NCBI RefSeq assembly: GCF_009914755.1
Contig: NC_060940.1
Strand: one strand, 5' to 3'
Origin: the human T2T-CHM13v2.0 reference genome, Homo sapiens
DNA length: 64,000 nt
Position numbers and translations under genes: made by a program
Part shown: piece by piece, positions 22,460-42,588 of the stretch
Position numbering within the stretch: position 1 is the first letter of the stretch
Layout of the letters: each line of letters opens with the position of its first letter
The notes under the pieces: generated by a model
Told to the model about the DNA's origin: nothing
Database searches by the model: none
The model's input: only the letters and a program-made list of their open reading frames with translations

Positions 22460-23193
22460 CTAAAAGAAAATAGACACCAGATTACTAAAAGTAAACATAC
22501 TGTTTGGTGTGCGGACCAATGTTTCTGTAAGCAGTGTTGTGATTTTCGGTGTTTGGTGGGCAAAAGCAACCTGGAATCACGATCTACCACAATCTACCAA
22601 ATTCTGCCAACGTAGGGCCTGCAACAATTACAGCCGTGTTTCTAGAGCTCGAGTCAAACAAGACTCCAGAGGGCAATAGTATTGATGCCAGAAGAAACAT
22701 GGAAGAAAAAGATTATAAAAAGAAGGAAGTAGGAGAGATGAAGGCAAAAAGGAGAGAACAAAATCAGTGGGAGCAAAAATGAACATGGGTGCAGGATGGC
22801 AAAGTGCTAACAACAATCATTTAAAGACCTGAATTTAAAAATCCTTCCTAACCCCCAAAACATTTGTATGTTTGAACCCTGTAGTCCTTGATGAATAAAT
22901 ACAAGTTTTGATTATACTGTCACAATGATTAACAGGCAGTACAGAAAAAGGCAAGAACTGTAGATCAGATAGCAGGCATAGCAGTAGCTTTATAGTTATA
23001 GCTATCTGTCCATGTACGTATATTTGTAGGAGCTACTACATAGGAGAAAAAAAGCATTTCAAAGAGATGAAAATATTAATAAGTTGGCTGAGGTAGAAAT
23101 ATGGCTAACCCTAGCCGGGTGCGGTGGTTCACGCCTGTAATCCCAGCATTTTAGGAGGCTGAGGCGGGCAGATCACCTGAGGTCGCGAGTTCA

Positions 23194-23439
<246 letters not shown>

Positions 23440-24253
23440 CTAACTCTATAGGAGAAAGAAGGGTATGGGTGGAAAGCTTGGGATGGAGGTCAAGAAGGCT
23501 GGCCCAGGACCATATCTTACTGCTTCCCAATTCCCATACCTGAGCAATCAAGTTAAAATTAACATCAAGAATGGTCTTGAAACAGATAAAAGGGGTGGTA
23601 TTGGTGTAACCCTTCTTCCTGGTACTTAGTTTACCCTTCAACCTGCCCGAAATGTAGCAGCATCCTCTTCATTTTTCCCAAGTACAGTAACCAACAGAAG
23701 AGCACAACCCAATAAAGGGTTTAAGAAAAGCTACAATCCCAGGTCTAGCCCCACAAACTAACTGCAAGGGAAAAAGACTATGTTCTAGAGACAAAGTGCA
23801 GGGAACAAACAAAAGGGCAAACCCAAACCAAATTTTCTTCACATCCTATTCCCTTTATCACATTAAATTTAAAAACAGTTTTTGCTATACTGCTGATTAT
23901 CAATGCACGCATTGTTACTTCAAGTAAAGGGTTTCCGTTTAGGTTTTATTTTCTGAGTATCCTTTCTAAAATTCAAATCTGTTACGCCACTCAATTTAAA
24001 ATCCTCAATCACTCCCTATACCCTGTGAGTTAAAACCCAAAATCCACAGTATGACATTGCAGGGCCCTAGATTAACTGGCCCATACCTCCCTGTCCAAAC
24101 TCCTTTCCCAACACTTCCTACTTTAGGCTCTTCCCAAGACCATGTTTCATCATGTCACTTCTACATGCCCAATATTTAACAGTGTGGCATACTGTAGTAC
24201 ACAATAAATGCTTGCTGAATAAATAAAAGTTACACACAATTATTAAACTATAC

Positions 24254-24600
24254 CTTGATTGAGAAACAAAATTCTTTTCAAAAGTAGTTTCTTCATGTAA
24301 GTTTTGATTGCAGCTTGACTTGGCTTTATATAAAGTCTTATTTTGCTCACTCTCCCTGTAACAAGCATGGACTGGATTTGCGCTCTTTAACGGTGTCTTC
24401 ATTTGGTCATCATTTGTACATGCTTTAGACATGACTCCATGGGACTTATAACTCTGTAACTGTCTAGAATGGCTTTTATCCTCATCTTCTGCTTTGCTAC
24501 CTCGACCAATCCGATCTGCATGGAGATGTTTCCATGTATTCTGAATACTTATGTTCATAGATGAAATATTATCCTGATAGTTTTCTCTTTGTATTTCTTC
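24254..24600 (-). CDS. TERB1: TERB1 coding exon 12 (EEIQRENYQDNISSMNISIQNTWKHLHADRIG...KNFVSQSS)
   Basis: 347 nt; overlaps ORF-track entry 24118..24558. Confidence 0.95.
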
Positions 24601-25114
24601 CTATAGTGTAAAAATGACAAATAATTTCAATATAATCCATTCCCTTTATAATCCAATTTATACTTCATTTAAATAATGAAGAATGAAGAAAAAGTTTATG
24701 ATTGCCAATAGAACATATATGATAAAAGGCAGTTTACATTAGGAAGAAAAGGGAGTTTATTCATTAAACAATATTGGGACAATTGGGTAGCCATCTGGTG
24801 AAAAAATAAGTTGAATACCTCACAGCTTATACAAAGATAAAGTCAAAATGAACCAAATTTTTAAATATAAAAACAAAGTCATATATGTTCTAAAAGAAAC
24901 CATTATATTTTAATATTCTTAAGGGGTATAAGACCTTTCTAAGTATTACCCAAAATTAAATAATAAAACAAAACTAATATACTCGACCACATAAAAAAAA
25001 TTTTTTTTAATTCTTCTAGAGACCAAAAACGTTATTCTGGGCAGGGATCTCAGGAATAAAGAACCAGAAGCAAAACCAAATGACAATCAAAACACCCAGA
25101 AATAATATGTATAA

Positions 25115-25354
<240 letters not shown>

Positions 25355-25799
25355 TGAAGGATAACTTTTAAAAATAACATTTATAAAAAGCTACTATAAT
25401 GAAATATGAAAAAAGATCAACGATAGCATGGAAAAGCAGGCACAGAAGATGAACAGATAGTTTATAGGAAAGGAAATATTAATAGCTCTTAAACACAAGA
25501 AAAAATGTTTCATCCCACTTAAGATAAATAAATATTAAAGCTACACTGAGATATTTTTCTTCATCTATTACACTCACAAAGATCAAAACGCTGTGGGGAA
25601 ACATGTACTCTTAAACATTGCTAGTGGGAGTGTAAGTTGATACATCTTCTGTGGTGAAACAATTTGACAGTATCTTTCATAACAAAAACTATGTCTATCT
25701 AGGTATTTGAGAGGTACTATTATTTTCTCCATTTATCGATGATGAAACTAAAGCACAAAGAGATTAAATAACTTGCCTAAACTTTCCCTAAAGTTCACA

Positions 25800-25870
25800 G
25801 CATCCATGAATTTGGGTATCTGTGGGAGGTCCTGGAACCAATCCCCCATAGATACCAAGGGTTGACTGTA
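25800..25870. mobile_element. MER2/Tigger terminal fragment within an old L1
   Basis: ggtcctggaaccaatcccccatagataccaagggttgactgta. Confidence 0.7.
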
Positions 25871-25927
25871 CTTTAAATGGGTGAACTGTACGGTATGTGA
25901 ATTATATCTCATTAAAGCTGTTACAGA

Positions 25928-25929
<2 letters not shown>

Positions 25930-25971
<42 letters not shown>
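25930..25971 (+). repeat. (CA)n microsatellite, ~20 units
   Basis: Direct reading. Confidence 0.95.
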
Positions 25972-25973
<2 letters not shown>

Positions 25974-26609
25974 GTACATGTGTAGCAGGTATTTAGAGTT
26001 GTTTGCAATGGTAAAAATTTAAATATAACTTACATGTCCATCAATAAAGGACTGGTTAAATCAATTATGGCACATCTGCAATAGTGAATACTACTCAGAC
26101 AATTAAAATAATAAAATCACTATATTATACTAACTTGGACACTATGTTTTGATTTTTTAACACATATGCATATACAAAAACACAAAGCATGCATACATAG
26201 AAAAATATATTTATATAAAGAGGAAAGAAGTTATTAGATTATTACTACTTTTCTCTTTCTTGAACCCCAATTATTCAGATGTTAGATCTCTTGGCTCAAT
26301 ATTCCACATTTCCTGTCTTTTCAGTCATCATTTCTACTTTTTAAAAATCTTTTATTGTTGTTTTATGTCAAAGCATGATTCTTCCAGTATTACTATGGAG
26401 TTTTCCATTTAAAACTATTTAAAACTTTAAAAAATAACTTGGGAAGAAAAAATTTTTTACCCTCCAACCTCTACTGTTAAAAAATATTGGCTGGGCATGG
26501 TGGCTCATGCCTGTAATCCCAGCATTTCGGGAGGCTAAGGCAGGGAGATCACTTGAGGTCAGGCATTCAAGACCAGCCTGGCCAACATGAGGAAACCCTG
26601 TCTCTACTA

Positions 26610-26780
<171 letters not shown>

Positions 26781-26879
26781 TTAACAAAAAATTTATATGT
26801 CAGTGTAGTATGGAGAAAAAAGAAAGAAATTTTAAAAATTTGAAAAAAGTTCTATATTCTTTAAAACAAAGAATCCAAC

Positions 26880-27040
26880 CTCATTTCCTTCTCTTTCAAG
26901 CTGTTCTATTCTGTGTAGAATTTCCTTTGCTTTCCTCCAGTGCTCTTCAAGATTATTCTCCTTCACACTTATGTCCTTTAATTGCTGTGTTTCATTTTCA
27001 TCAAAAGGATATTCTCCTAGACTTAGAGATAATTTCTCAG
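26880..27040 (-). CDS. TERB1: TERB1 coding exon 11 (TEKLSLSLGEYPFDENETQQ...RIEQLEREGNE), coiled-coil region
   Basis: 161 nt, AAG acceptor, weak GTTGGA donor, frame fits. Confidence 0.9.
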
Positions 27041-28162
27041 CTTTGTAGTATGGGAAAAAACAATGAATGAAAAGTTATTTAAACACTTTATATATAAGGA
27101 CAACTTCACAGCCCACCCTCTCCTTTCTCTAAATTTTTCCATCCAGACTATCTTAACAGCTTAATTGGTACTGAAAAGTAAGTGGAAGATTATCTAGCAG
27201 AGGCCCAGGACTCAAACAGTCATAAATCAGACTTTACTCTTCAGAGTTACAGGAGAAAAAACATGCAAATATGTTATGCCAGACACATAAACACCCTCAG
27301 GTACATGGATACTGGTTTTAAAGTAGTTAGTTTTTTAGGCCCGGCACAGTGGCTCACACTTGTAATCCTTGCATTTTGGGATGCCGAGGCGGGAGGATCA
27401 CTTGAGGTCAGGAGCTCAAGGCCAGCGTGGCCAATATGGTGAAACTCCACCTCTACTAAAAAAAAAAAAAAAAAATTAGCCAGGCATTGTGGCACGCACC
27501 TGTATTCCCAGATAATCTGGAAGTTAAGGCACAAGAATCCCTCAAACCCAGGAGGCACAAGCTGCAGTGAACAGAGACTGAGCCACTGCACTCCAGCCCT
27601 GGCGACAGAGTGAGACTTCGTCTCAAAAATAAAGTAGTTTTTTTAAAAAAATAATGTTCAAAAATTGATTCCTTCCTATAATCCTTTTTTTTTAAACATA
27701 CTGTGTCTGCAGTTTTTCTTCCACAAAGATCAAAATTCTCATCATGGACACTGCCCTCTGAGCTCAAGCTACACTGGCCATCAATTCCTTAAGTGCACCA
27801 GGTTCCCTCCTATCACAGGGCCTTTGTGCCTCACTGTTGCTTATGCTTGAGACACTCACTGATAACAAATTCCTTTCTTTTCACCTAATTAACTCTAGAC
27901 ATTCAGTTCTCAGCTCAAGAATCACTTCCTCCCAATGCCTTTTCTGCTCCACGTCTAGACCAGATTCCTTTGTTATAGGCTCTTAAAGACCTGTGGTCTA
28001 TCCCTATATATTTGTTATGTCAATTTATAATAACACATAATCTCATTTTTTGAGTTACTGTCTATTTCTGTAGTTAAAACTAAGCTCTGTGAATACACAG
28101 ACTGTTTTTCATCACTGTATCCCTGATGTCCCTGATGTCTAGCACTCTGCCTTGGCACATAA

Positions 28163-28775
<613 letters not shown>

Positions 28776-29408
28776 CCAAACATTTTTAAATAAATGAATG
28801 TACTTATGATTTAACAATAAGTAACCCTTAGTCCACAAATTTAATTCCTGCAAACTAAATTTGTGCACACGGCATAAAATAGTGAATTATCTATACTGCT
28901 GCTCTCTTCCACATGGGTTTGTATATGCTGAATATACCCTAGTTGTCATGTCCAAATTTTATACTCTGATTTTCTTTTTTTTTTTTTTTTTGAGACAGGG
29001 TCTCACTCTATGACCCAGGCTGGAGGGCCAGTGGTGCAAACACAGCTCACTGCAGCCTCGACCTGAGCAACTCCTGAGCTCAGATGATCCTTCTACCTCA
29101 GCTTCCCAAGTAGCTGGCAGGCATGTGCCACCATGCCCAGATAATTTTTTCTATATATATATTTTTTTATAGAGACAGAGTTTCTCTATGTTGCCCAGGC
29201 TGGTCTTGAACTCCTGGACTCAAGCGATCTGACTGCCTTGGCCTCCCAAAGTGCTGGGATTACAGGCATGAGCCACTGTGCAGGGCCTAGTCTGCTTTTC
29301 AAATGTAAGAAGAATCTGAGAGCTATAGGGCCTTGGCTCATGAAAGCAGAAATAAATTCTCCTTTATAAACTTTGGTTGGTATGTTCTTAAAGTAATAGT
29401 ACACTTAC

Positions 29409-29534
29409 TAATTTTTTTGCAGTTGTGAAGCACAAATGTGGCAGCTTTGTTCAGTTCCTCATTCTGCGATTCAGTTAAGGCTTGAATCATGAGTGGAAGC
29501 CCATTGTTTTTAAAAAGGTCATACTGATTTTCCT
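29409..29534 (-). CDS. TERB1: TERB1 coding exon 10 (EENQYDLFKNNGLPLMIQALTESQNEELNKAATFVLHNCKKI)
   Basis: 126 nt, CAG/GTAAGT. Confidence 0.95.
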
Positions 29535-29642
29535 CTGGAAAACATAAACAAAGAGGACAATGTTTTTTATCATAAACTATCTATATGAGGTCATAATTCT
29601 TCCTTGTGATAATTATGAACATAGTTCAAAATTTTAAAAATA

Positions 29643-30645
<1,003 letters not shown>

Positions 30646-30779
30646 GAAAATAATTCACTTACACAAAATACCTGTCTCATAAGTGATCTCAGAAACGCAG
30701 CCACAGAGTAGTATCATAACTCATAAGAGTCAACAAACTCACTTGGTTTGAAAAAGGGTATAATCAATCCTAAATTACA

Positions 30780-31080
30780 CAGAGGTTAAGGGAAAGAATA
30801 GGTAAATAAACTAATGGAGGGAGTAGAAAGTAAGGGAAGGAAGAAAGAGTGGAAGAAGCAAGAGAGAGCAAAGGGAGGAGAGTGGAAAAGTGAGAGTGGA
30901 AAGAGCAGAGAGAGATTAGAAGAGAGAGGGGTAGAGAGGAAAGTGGAGAGAATTGGTAAGAAGGAGTAGATTGAACAGAGGGAGAATGGGAGGAAAGTAG
31001 AGAGGAGGAGGAAAATAAAAGGGGGAGAAGAAAGAGAAAAGAGAGAGGAGACAGTAATAGGTAGAAAAAGAAAGAATCTT
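30780..31080 (+). repeat. GA-rich low-complexity tract
   Basis: ~300 nt strongly purine-biased. Confidence 0.85.
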
Positions 31081-31493
31081 TGAAAGTTTTAACAAGGAGA
31101 ACAGAATCAGATTTGTGCAGCAATGTGCAGAGTGGGCTGAAAAATGAAGGTAGAAGGGAAGGAGCTTTCTCCCTGTGCTGCAGTGAGAAAACCACTGCAA
31201 TAATATTGGTGAAAGATGTTGTGGGTTTAAGGGCCTACTTTGGAAGAGCAACATTGGAACTGGACAGAAAGGGATCAAGAGGGGTAAACAGAAGTAGAAC
31301 TACAGGTCTTAATGACTGACTTAATACAATGAGTGAAGGAGAATTAGGAGCTGAAATGACTAGTTTGAGGTCTGAATGACTAGGAGAAAAGCAATACTTT
31401 TAAGACCTTCACATAACTGGAAGAAAAAAAAAAACAGAAGTATATTTCCGCTTTACTATTTTAATAACCACACTCAATAAATCCAATACTTAC

Positions 31494-31625
31494 CACAATC
31501 CTCTGTGCAATGACCAAGAGTAAGCATGATGCTAAATTTTTCTCCTGAATCCAGACTTTCATGAAGCAGTAATGCCAGAAGTTTAGAAACAATGTGGTAC
31601 TTGGAGAGTACTATCCCAAAAGTAG
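31494..31625 (-). CDS. TERB1: TERB1 coding exon 9 (PTFGIVLSKYHIVSKLLALLLHESLDSGEKFSIMLTLGHCTEDC)
   Basis: 132 nt, TAG/GTAAGT. Confidence 0.95.
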
Positions 31626-33153
31626 CTATTAGTATAAAATAGGAAAAAAAGATAGTACAAATTTAAAACTTATAAATGTATATATACTATGTATTTTTCA
31701 GAGTTTATTCAGGCAGAATGTTATATATCTATATAAAATTAAATATACACATATCATAACATCTAATAAATATGTGTATGTGTGAATATAAATAAAATAT
31801 AAATTCATTGTAATAAGATGGCGGCCTATTACTATAACCCTCATTACTCTTTCTTCCCATACTAAAGACATATTACTAAAGCAAATTTTTTGAAGAATTT
31901 TTTTCTTAATTGTTCTGCAGAATGCTGTGAAGATGAAGTAACACTAACTTCCTAAAAGCTGAGTATGCTTACTCTCCCCTTACATACCTCTTCTTATCTA
32001 GATTGGATAGTAAAGACTTTCCTACATAATCAGTTCCTGCTGTCATTTAAAATACACTATTAACTGACCACAGTTCTACTGACTTACTGATGCAATGAAG
32101 CATATGCAAAGCTATGCTGAGATGTGACAAAAGTCAAAAAGACCACCATTTTAAGCTATACTTCTCCAAATGTGGCTTTTAACAGAGTTCACCCAGAGTC
32201 TAACAATACTAATATCAACAAAAAAGTTGTGAATTCCTGAAGGGACTACATCTTAATCATTTTTGTACTTGTAAAGCTCCACACATAGCAGGTCCTCAAT
32301 AACCACTTTTTAAAAAACCATCTATTTTTTGCTCCCTAGTTGTTTGTGAATAATAATAGAGTTTCTTACTCTTCAGTGTTTGCGCATGTGAGAAGCAGCA
32401 GCCATGAGTTCAAGTCTGGTTCTGCCACTCACTAGTAATGCTGTGTTGGGTAAATCTGACCTCATACTTAGCAGAAAGAGATGTATTCTTTACATAAATT
32501 GGGTTTTCCATTCTTAATCTCAAAAATATCCCTTGGTTTCTCATCTGAAAATTTTAAATTTTTTTTTTTTTGAGAGATGGAGTCTCGATATGTTGACCAA
32601 GCTGGTCTCAAACTCCTGGCCTCAAGCAATCCTCCCATCTTGGCCTTCCAAAGTGCTGGGATTACAGGTGTGAGCCACCACACACAGCCTGAAATTTTTA
32701 ATTTAATGCTGCCTTTTTTTCCAGATGGAGTTTTGTACTTGTCACCCAGGCTGGAGTGCAGTGGCATGATCTCAGCTCCCTCACTGCAACCTCCACCTCC
32801 CAGGTTCAAGCGATTCTCTTGTCTTGGCCTCCTGAGTAGCTGGAATTACAGGCACCCGCCACCACGTTTGGCTAATTTTTGTATTTTTAGTAGAGATTAG
32901 GTTTCACCATGTTGGCCAGGCTGGTCTTGAACTCCTGACCTCAGGTGATCTGCCCGCCTTGGCCTCCCAAAGTGCTGGGATTACAGGCATGAGCTACTGT
33001 GTCCAGCCATGTTGGATACTTTCTAATACTTCCTTCCACCTGTGAGAAACTTAGTCTAAACCATGTTACTATTCAATCTACTATTTCAACACTCTTCATG
33101 CTATATTCAAACAAAATTCAATTTCAAAAAAACTAGTAAGCACTGTCACTCAC

Positions 33154-33306
33154 GATTATCAGCAATGCATGCATCCACAGTCTTCGTCACAACCACTGCA
33201 AGTTTAGCACTGGAAAGAGTCTCATGTGAATCAGATTCCAGCTGCATGAGAACTTGAGACAATACATCCAGTCCGCCCACAGATACGAAGTATTTCTGAA
33301 CATATG
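33154..33306 (-). CDS. TERB1: TERB1 coding exon 8 (TYVQKYFVSVGGLDVLSQVLMQLESDSHETLSSAKLAVVVTKTVDACIADN)
   Basis: 153 nt, AAG/GTGAGT. Confidence 0.95.
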
Positions 33307-35149
33307 CTTAAAGAATAAAGTAGCAAAACTATTAATATTTCAAACAAGACAGCTGAATGGTTTTATTCAATAAATCTGCATTAAATATAACATTGACCTT
33401 TTCAAATACTTTCTAAAAATCCCAAAATTAAAGAACTAAAAATCCAATCTTTACCTGTGCATATAATCATAAAATAGATTACTTATTATGTATCTTACTT
33501 TGACACAGTAAAACTACAGTATTTCTTGTGTACTAGAAATCTTTTTTGTTTCATTTAGTAAGAACTGCTCTATTTTGTAAGAATGGCATTATTAAGCTGT
33601 CCTTTAGGCCGAGCATGGTGGCTCATGCCTGTAATCCCAGCACTTTGGGAGGCTGAGATAGGCAGATTGCTTGAGTCAGGAGTTCAAGACCAGCCTGGCC
33701 AACATGCTGAAACCCCATCTCTACTAAAAATAAAAATAATAAGCTGGGTGTGGTGGTGCATGCCTATAATCTCAGTTACTCAGGTGGCTGAGGCAGGAGG
33801 ACCACTTGAACCTGGGAGGCAGAGGTTGCAATGAGCTGAGCTCACACTACTGTACTCCAGCCTGGGTGACAGAGTAAGACTCTGTCTCAAAAAACAAACA
33901 AACAAAAACAAAAGAAAAAAACAAAAAAAACACCTAACCCTCAACATTATTAAACAAGTCTTTCAATAGAGTTATAAAGAATATATTCATTCATTTATCT
34001 TGGTAATTAGCAAGCTGCCTATTTTCTGCAATCCAACATAACTAATTCCTCAGATTGACTCCTCAAGATGCAAAGTAATTTAACCGTTCTAAAAGAGCAT
34101 ACATCTCATCCATCATATTTACACCTAATTATTTTACTTCTTGGAGCATAAAATTATAACAGATCCCTGAGAGTCGTAACTATTCCAAGCAAAGATTCAA
34201 TGACCGGTATCTATTTCTTTAAGTCTGAAGTCTTTTGTTCCCTAGTGGAAAATAATTCTGGGCCGGGCACCATGGCTCATGCCTTTAATGACTACAGGCG
34301 TGCACCACCATGCCTAGCTAGAAATTTTTGTATTTTTGGTAGAGACAGGGTTTGACCATGTTCCCCAGGCTGGTCTCAAACTCCTGAACTAAAGCAACCT
34401 GCCTGCCTCGGCCTCCCAAGGTGTTGGGATTACAGGCGTGAGCCATGGCGCCCAGCCCAGAAACATTATTTAAGGGCAGGCAAACATTTTCAATATTATG
34501 GTGGCTCCAAAATAGACTTCTTTCCTAGAAAGTATTTTCATTTTTTAAAAATCTTCAAAAAAGAGGCTGGGTGTGGTAGTAGCTCATGTCTGTAATCCTA
34601 GCATTTTTGAGAGGCTGAGGCAGGAGGATTGCTTGAATTCAGAAGTTCAATATCAGCCTGGGCAACATAGTGAGACCCCATCTCTACAAAATAAAAAAAA
34701 AAAATTGAAAATTAGCCAGGCTCAGTGGTGTGTGCCTGTAGTCCCAGCACCTCAGGAGGCTAAGGCAGGGGGATCACTTAGGCCTAGAAGTTTGAGGCTG
34801 CAGTGACCCATGATTGTGCCACTGTACTCTAGCTGGGGTGACAGAGTGAGTGAGACTCTAGCTCAAAAAAAAAAAAAGCACTTGTTAATGCATTGATGAA
34901 AATGGCAGTGTGTTACCACAGATTCTTAGTTATAGCCTAAGTGACAAAAACTCAGGCATATAAGCAGAAGAACATCCTAGACCACATTTATTGTACACTG
35001 AATATTTCAGATTTCCTCTGATCTGTAGTTTACTGAGGGTAATGACGTCCTATAACTATCACTCATTAAAGTTGGCTTTTAGAGATAAAGGGACTGTTAG
35101 GGTATCACGGAAATAGATTCCAATTTTTTTTGAATTCTAGAGATACATC

Positions 35150-39800
<4,651 letters not shown>

Positions 39801-40076
39801 GAGAACACACTCTATGGGTTTTTAGTCTTGCTATCTGGTTTCTCCGTTTTATGAGAGTATCTGGGGAGATTAAAAAAATGATGCTGCTACCACCATCTTC
39901 CCAATATCCTTCTAAAAATATCTACTTTTAAGATTTTCTTATCTTTAAGAGTCTAAATACATCCAAAATAACCCAAATTACAAGAATTCAATTGATTCAA
40001 TAATAAATTCAATCGTTTTTATTATGCTTTGAAATATGTTTCTTCAACTATGACCTAGAAAATAACGAACACTTAC

Positions 40077-40199
40077 TGTTATTTGCAAGAGTGAGTCCAA
40101 TAAATGAGCAAATAGGGCGAATTATCTCAGGTGTCGTGCAATTTTTTAGCCATTCATTAGCATGTGGAAAAAGGGAACAGCAAAACATTTGATTCTCAT
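40077..40199 (-). CDS. TERB1: TERB1 coding exon 7 (DENQMFCCSLFPHANEWLKNCTTPEIIRPICSFIGLTLANN)
   Basis: 123 nt, AG/GTAAGT. Confidence 0.95.
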
Positions 40200-40304
40200 C
40201 TGAAAGAAGACAAAGTCAATCATGATTTAATATGACAATTGGAAAATATCAGTTTTCATTTGTTTTTATCTTTATTTTTATATTTAAACATGACAGATAA
40301 TTAC

Positions 40305-40420
40305 CATTTTGAGGATTGTTGACACAGACACACAGAGTACTACACACTGAAGACCACAACTGATAACTCTGGAAAACATTTTTATCTGACAAATCCAACT
40401 CATGTTTTGAAATAACTGTC
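40305..40420 (-). CDS. TERB1: TERB1 coding exon 6 (TVISKHELDLSDKNVFQSYQLWSSVCSTLCVCVNNPQN)
   Basis: 116 nt, frame fits. Confidence 0.92.
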
Positions 40421-40515
40421 CTATTAGGTTAAAAAGAAAAGAAAGTAAATTAATACAAATGTGTTAAGGTCCTAAGTAATGAATAATTAACAAAAAGAAA
40501 TTTGTATTTGTTTAC

Positions 40516-40576
40516 CTGAATAACCGTGACAGAACTGTAATACAACCTGTTTCTCTCACAAGTGTTTGTCCGGTCC
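40516..40576 (-). CDS. TERB1: TERB1 coding exon 5 (RTGQTLVRETGCITVLSRLFR)
   Basis: 61 nt, AAG acceptor, GTAAAC donor, frame fits. Confidence 0.92.
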
Positions 40577-41233
40577 CTTAAAAAAATAGCCATATAAAAA
40601 TATGAGTTTTATTTACAAATAGTCTTGCAGAAATGAAGAACAGTTAAGTTTTATTTTAATAAATAACTTTTAAACAACTTTAAAGTATTACAAAGTATAA
40701 CATAGAATTACGGTGGATAAAAATCTGCAATCAAGATTATTATGAAAAATATGTCACTACTGCTTAGAGACTAATTGTATTCAAATTTCCTCTAAAAATT
40801 ACAAAACTCTTACTTTGCATCATGGTTCTGTGTTGCAGTATCAAGATAAGTTCCAAAATGGAAAAATAAATAAATTCAACCTTTTCTAGTTTTTCCAAAA
40901 TAAAACAAAATCTAGAAACATTTTTTTTAAGTGCACGCCTGGCAAGAAGGCGCCTCCTCAGGCCTCTCTGGCAAGAGGCTTAGCTGAATTACCTGAGCCT
41001 GCTCAGACTACCATTGTGCCTGGGTCTGTGATCCTCCCCATGGAAACAATAATAGCAGAGGACTAGAGGGTGAGAGACCAGCCACTGCTAGCAGAAGAAG
41101 GTGAGGCTTGACTTCTCCCCTTCAAAGGATACAACCTGATGCCTCGCTTCCCTGAGGCTGCCCTACCCCCACCCAACACCCTGGGGGTTTGGGCCTTGAG
41201 CCCTACAACCACCCAGACTTCCCCCTCTATTGA

Positions 41234-41524
<291 letters not shown>

Positions 41525-42459
41525 TAGTACAGGTGTGTGCCACCACACCCAGTTAATTTTTCTTTTTCTTTTTCTTTTTTTTTTTTTTTTATTTCTTTGT
41601 AGAGAGACAAGGTCTCAGTATGTTACCTAGGCTGGTTTCAAACTCCTGGGCTTAAGGGATCCTCCCACCTTGGCCTCCCAAAATGCTGGGATTACAGGGA
41701 TGATCCACCACCCTGGCCTAGAAACATTTTAAATGCTTACAGAATTTCTAACAGTTTGAAGAATTAAAATTTTAAAGAGTTAAAAAATAACTGAGCAGTA
41801 AGTATATGGGAACATTCTATATTCTCTTTGCCACTTTTCTGTAAATCTAAAATTATTCCAAAACAAAAACCATTGCTGGCTTACACCGTAAACACTGTAA
41901 CTAAATGGTCAATTCAGCAGAAAATCAAATAAACTAATTCATTAAATGCCTCTCTTTTTCTCTTTAAACCTGTTACCTTTCAATGCTAAGTACTACAAAT
42001 TACTTTATTTCTTAAAATTAATAAGTATTGAATGATTAAATACATGCTAATAACCCACTTTTCTTTAAATTAGTATTCCTCAGAGGTGAGGTTAAAAAAA
42101 GACACTGGGCCGGGAGCAGTGGCTCACGCCTGTAATCCCAGCACTATTTGAGACCAGCCTGGCCAACATGGTGCAACCCCTGTCTCTACTAAAAATCCAA
42201 AAATTAGTTGGGCATGATAGCATGTGCCTGTAATCCCAGCTACTCAGTAGGCTGAGGCAGGAGAATCACTTGAACCAGGTGGCAGAGGTTGCAGTAAGCC
42301 AAGATCATGCCACTGCACTCCACCTTGGGTGTCAGAGCAAGACTCTGTCTCCAAAAACACAAAAAAACAAAACTGATATAAGAACTCAAATAAAAAATTA
42401 ATAATGGCTGTTCCAATTGATTAAAGTGTTTTCAAATAGTCATAAGAGAATGTACTTAC

Positions 42460-42588
42460 TATTATTTGAAACCAGAACCAAAATAACATAAACAGACATT
42501 CTTTTCAAATTTATGTTTGAATCATTAGATAAGAACCAAGTTAAGTCTTCAAACAACTCTGAAGTACACAAAGTCTGCTGACAGTAAA
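42460..42588 (-). CDS. TERB1: TERB1 coding exon 4 (VYCQQTLCTSELFEDLTWFLSNDSNINLKRMSVYVILVLVSNN)
   Basis: 129 nt, AG/GTAAGT. Confidence 0.95.

Noticed and set aside
42108-42372. Alu with an internal ~35-bp deletion in the left arm
   Set aside because: Ordinary post-insertion decay
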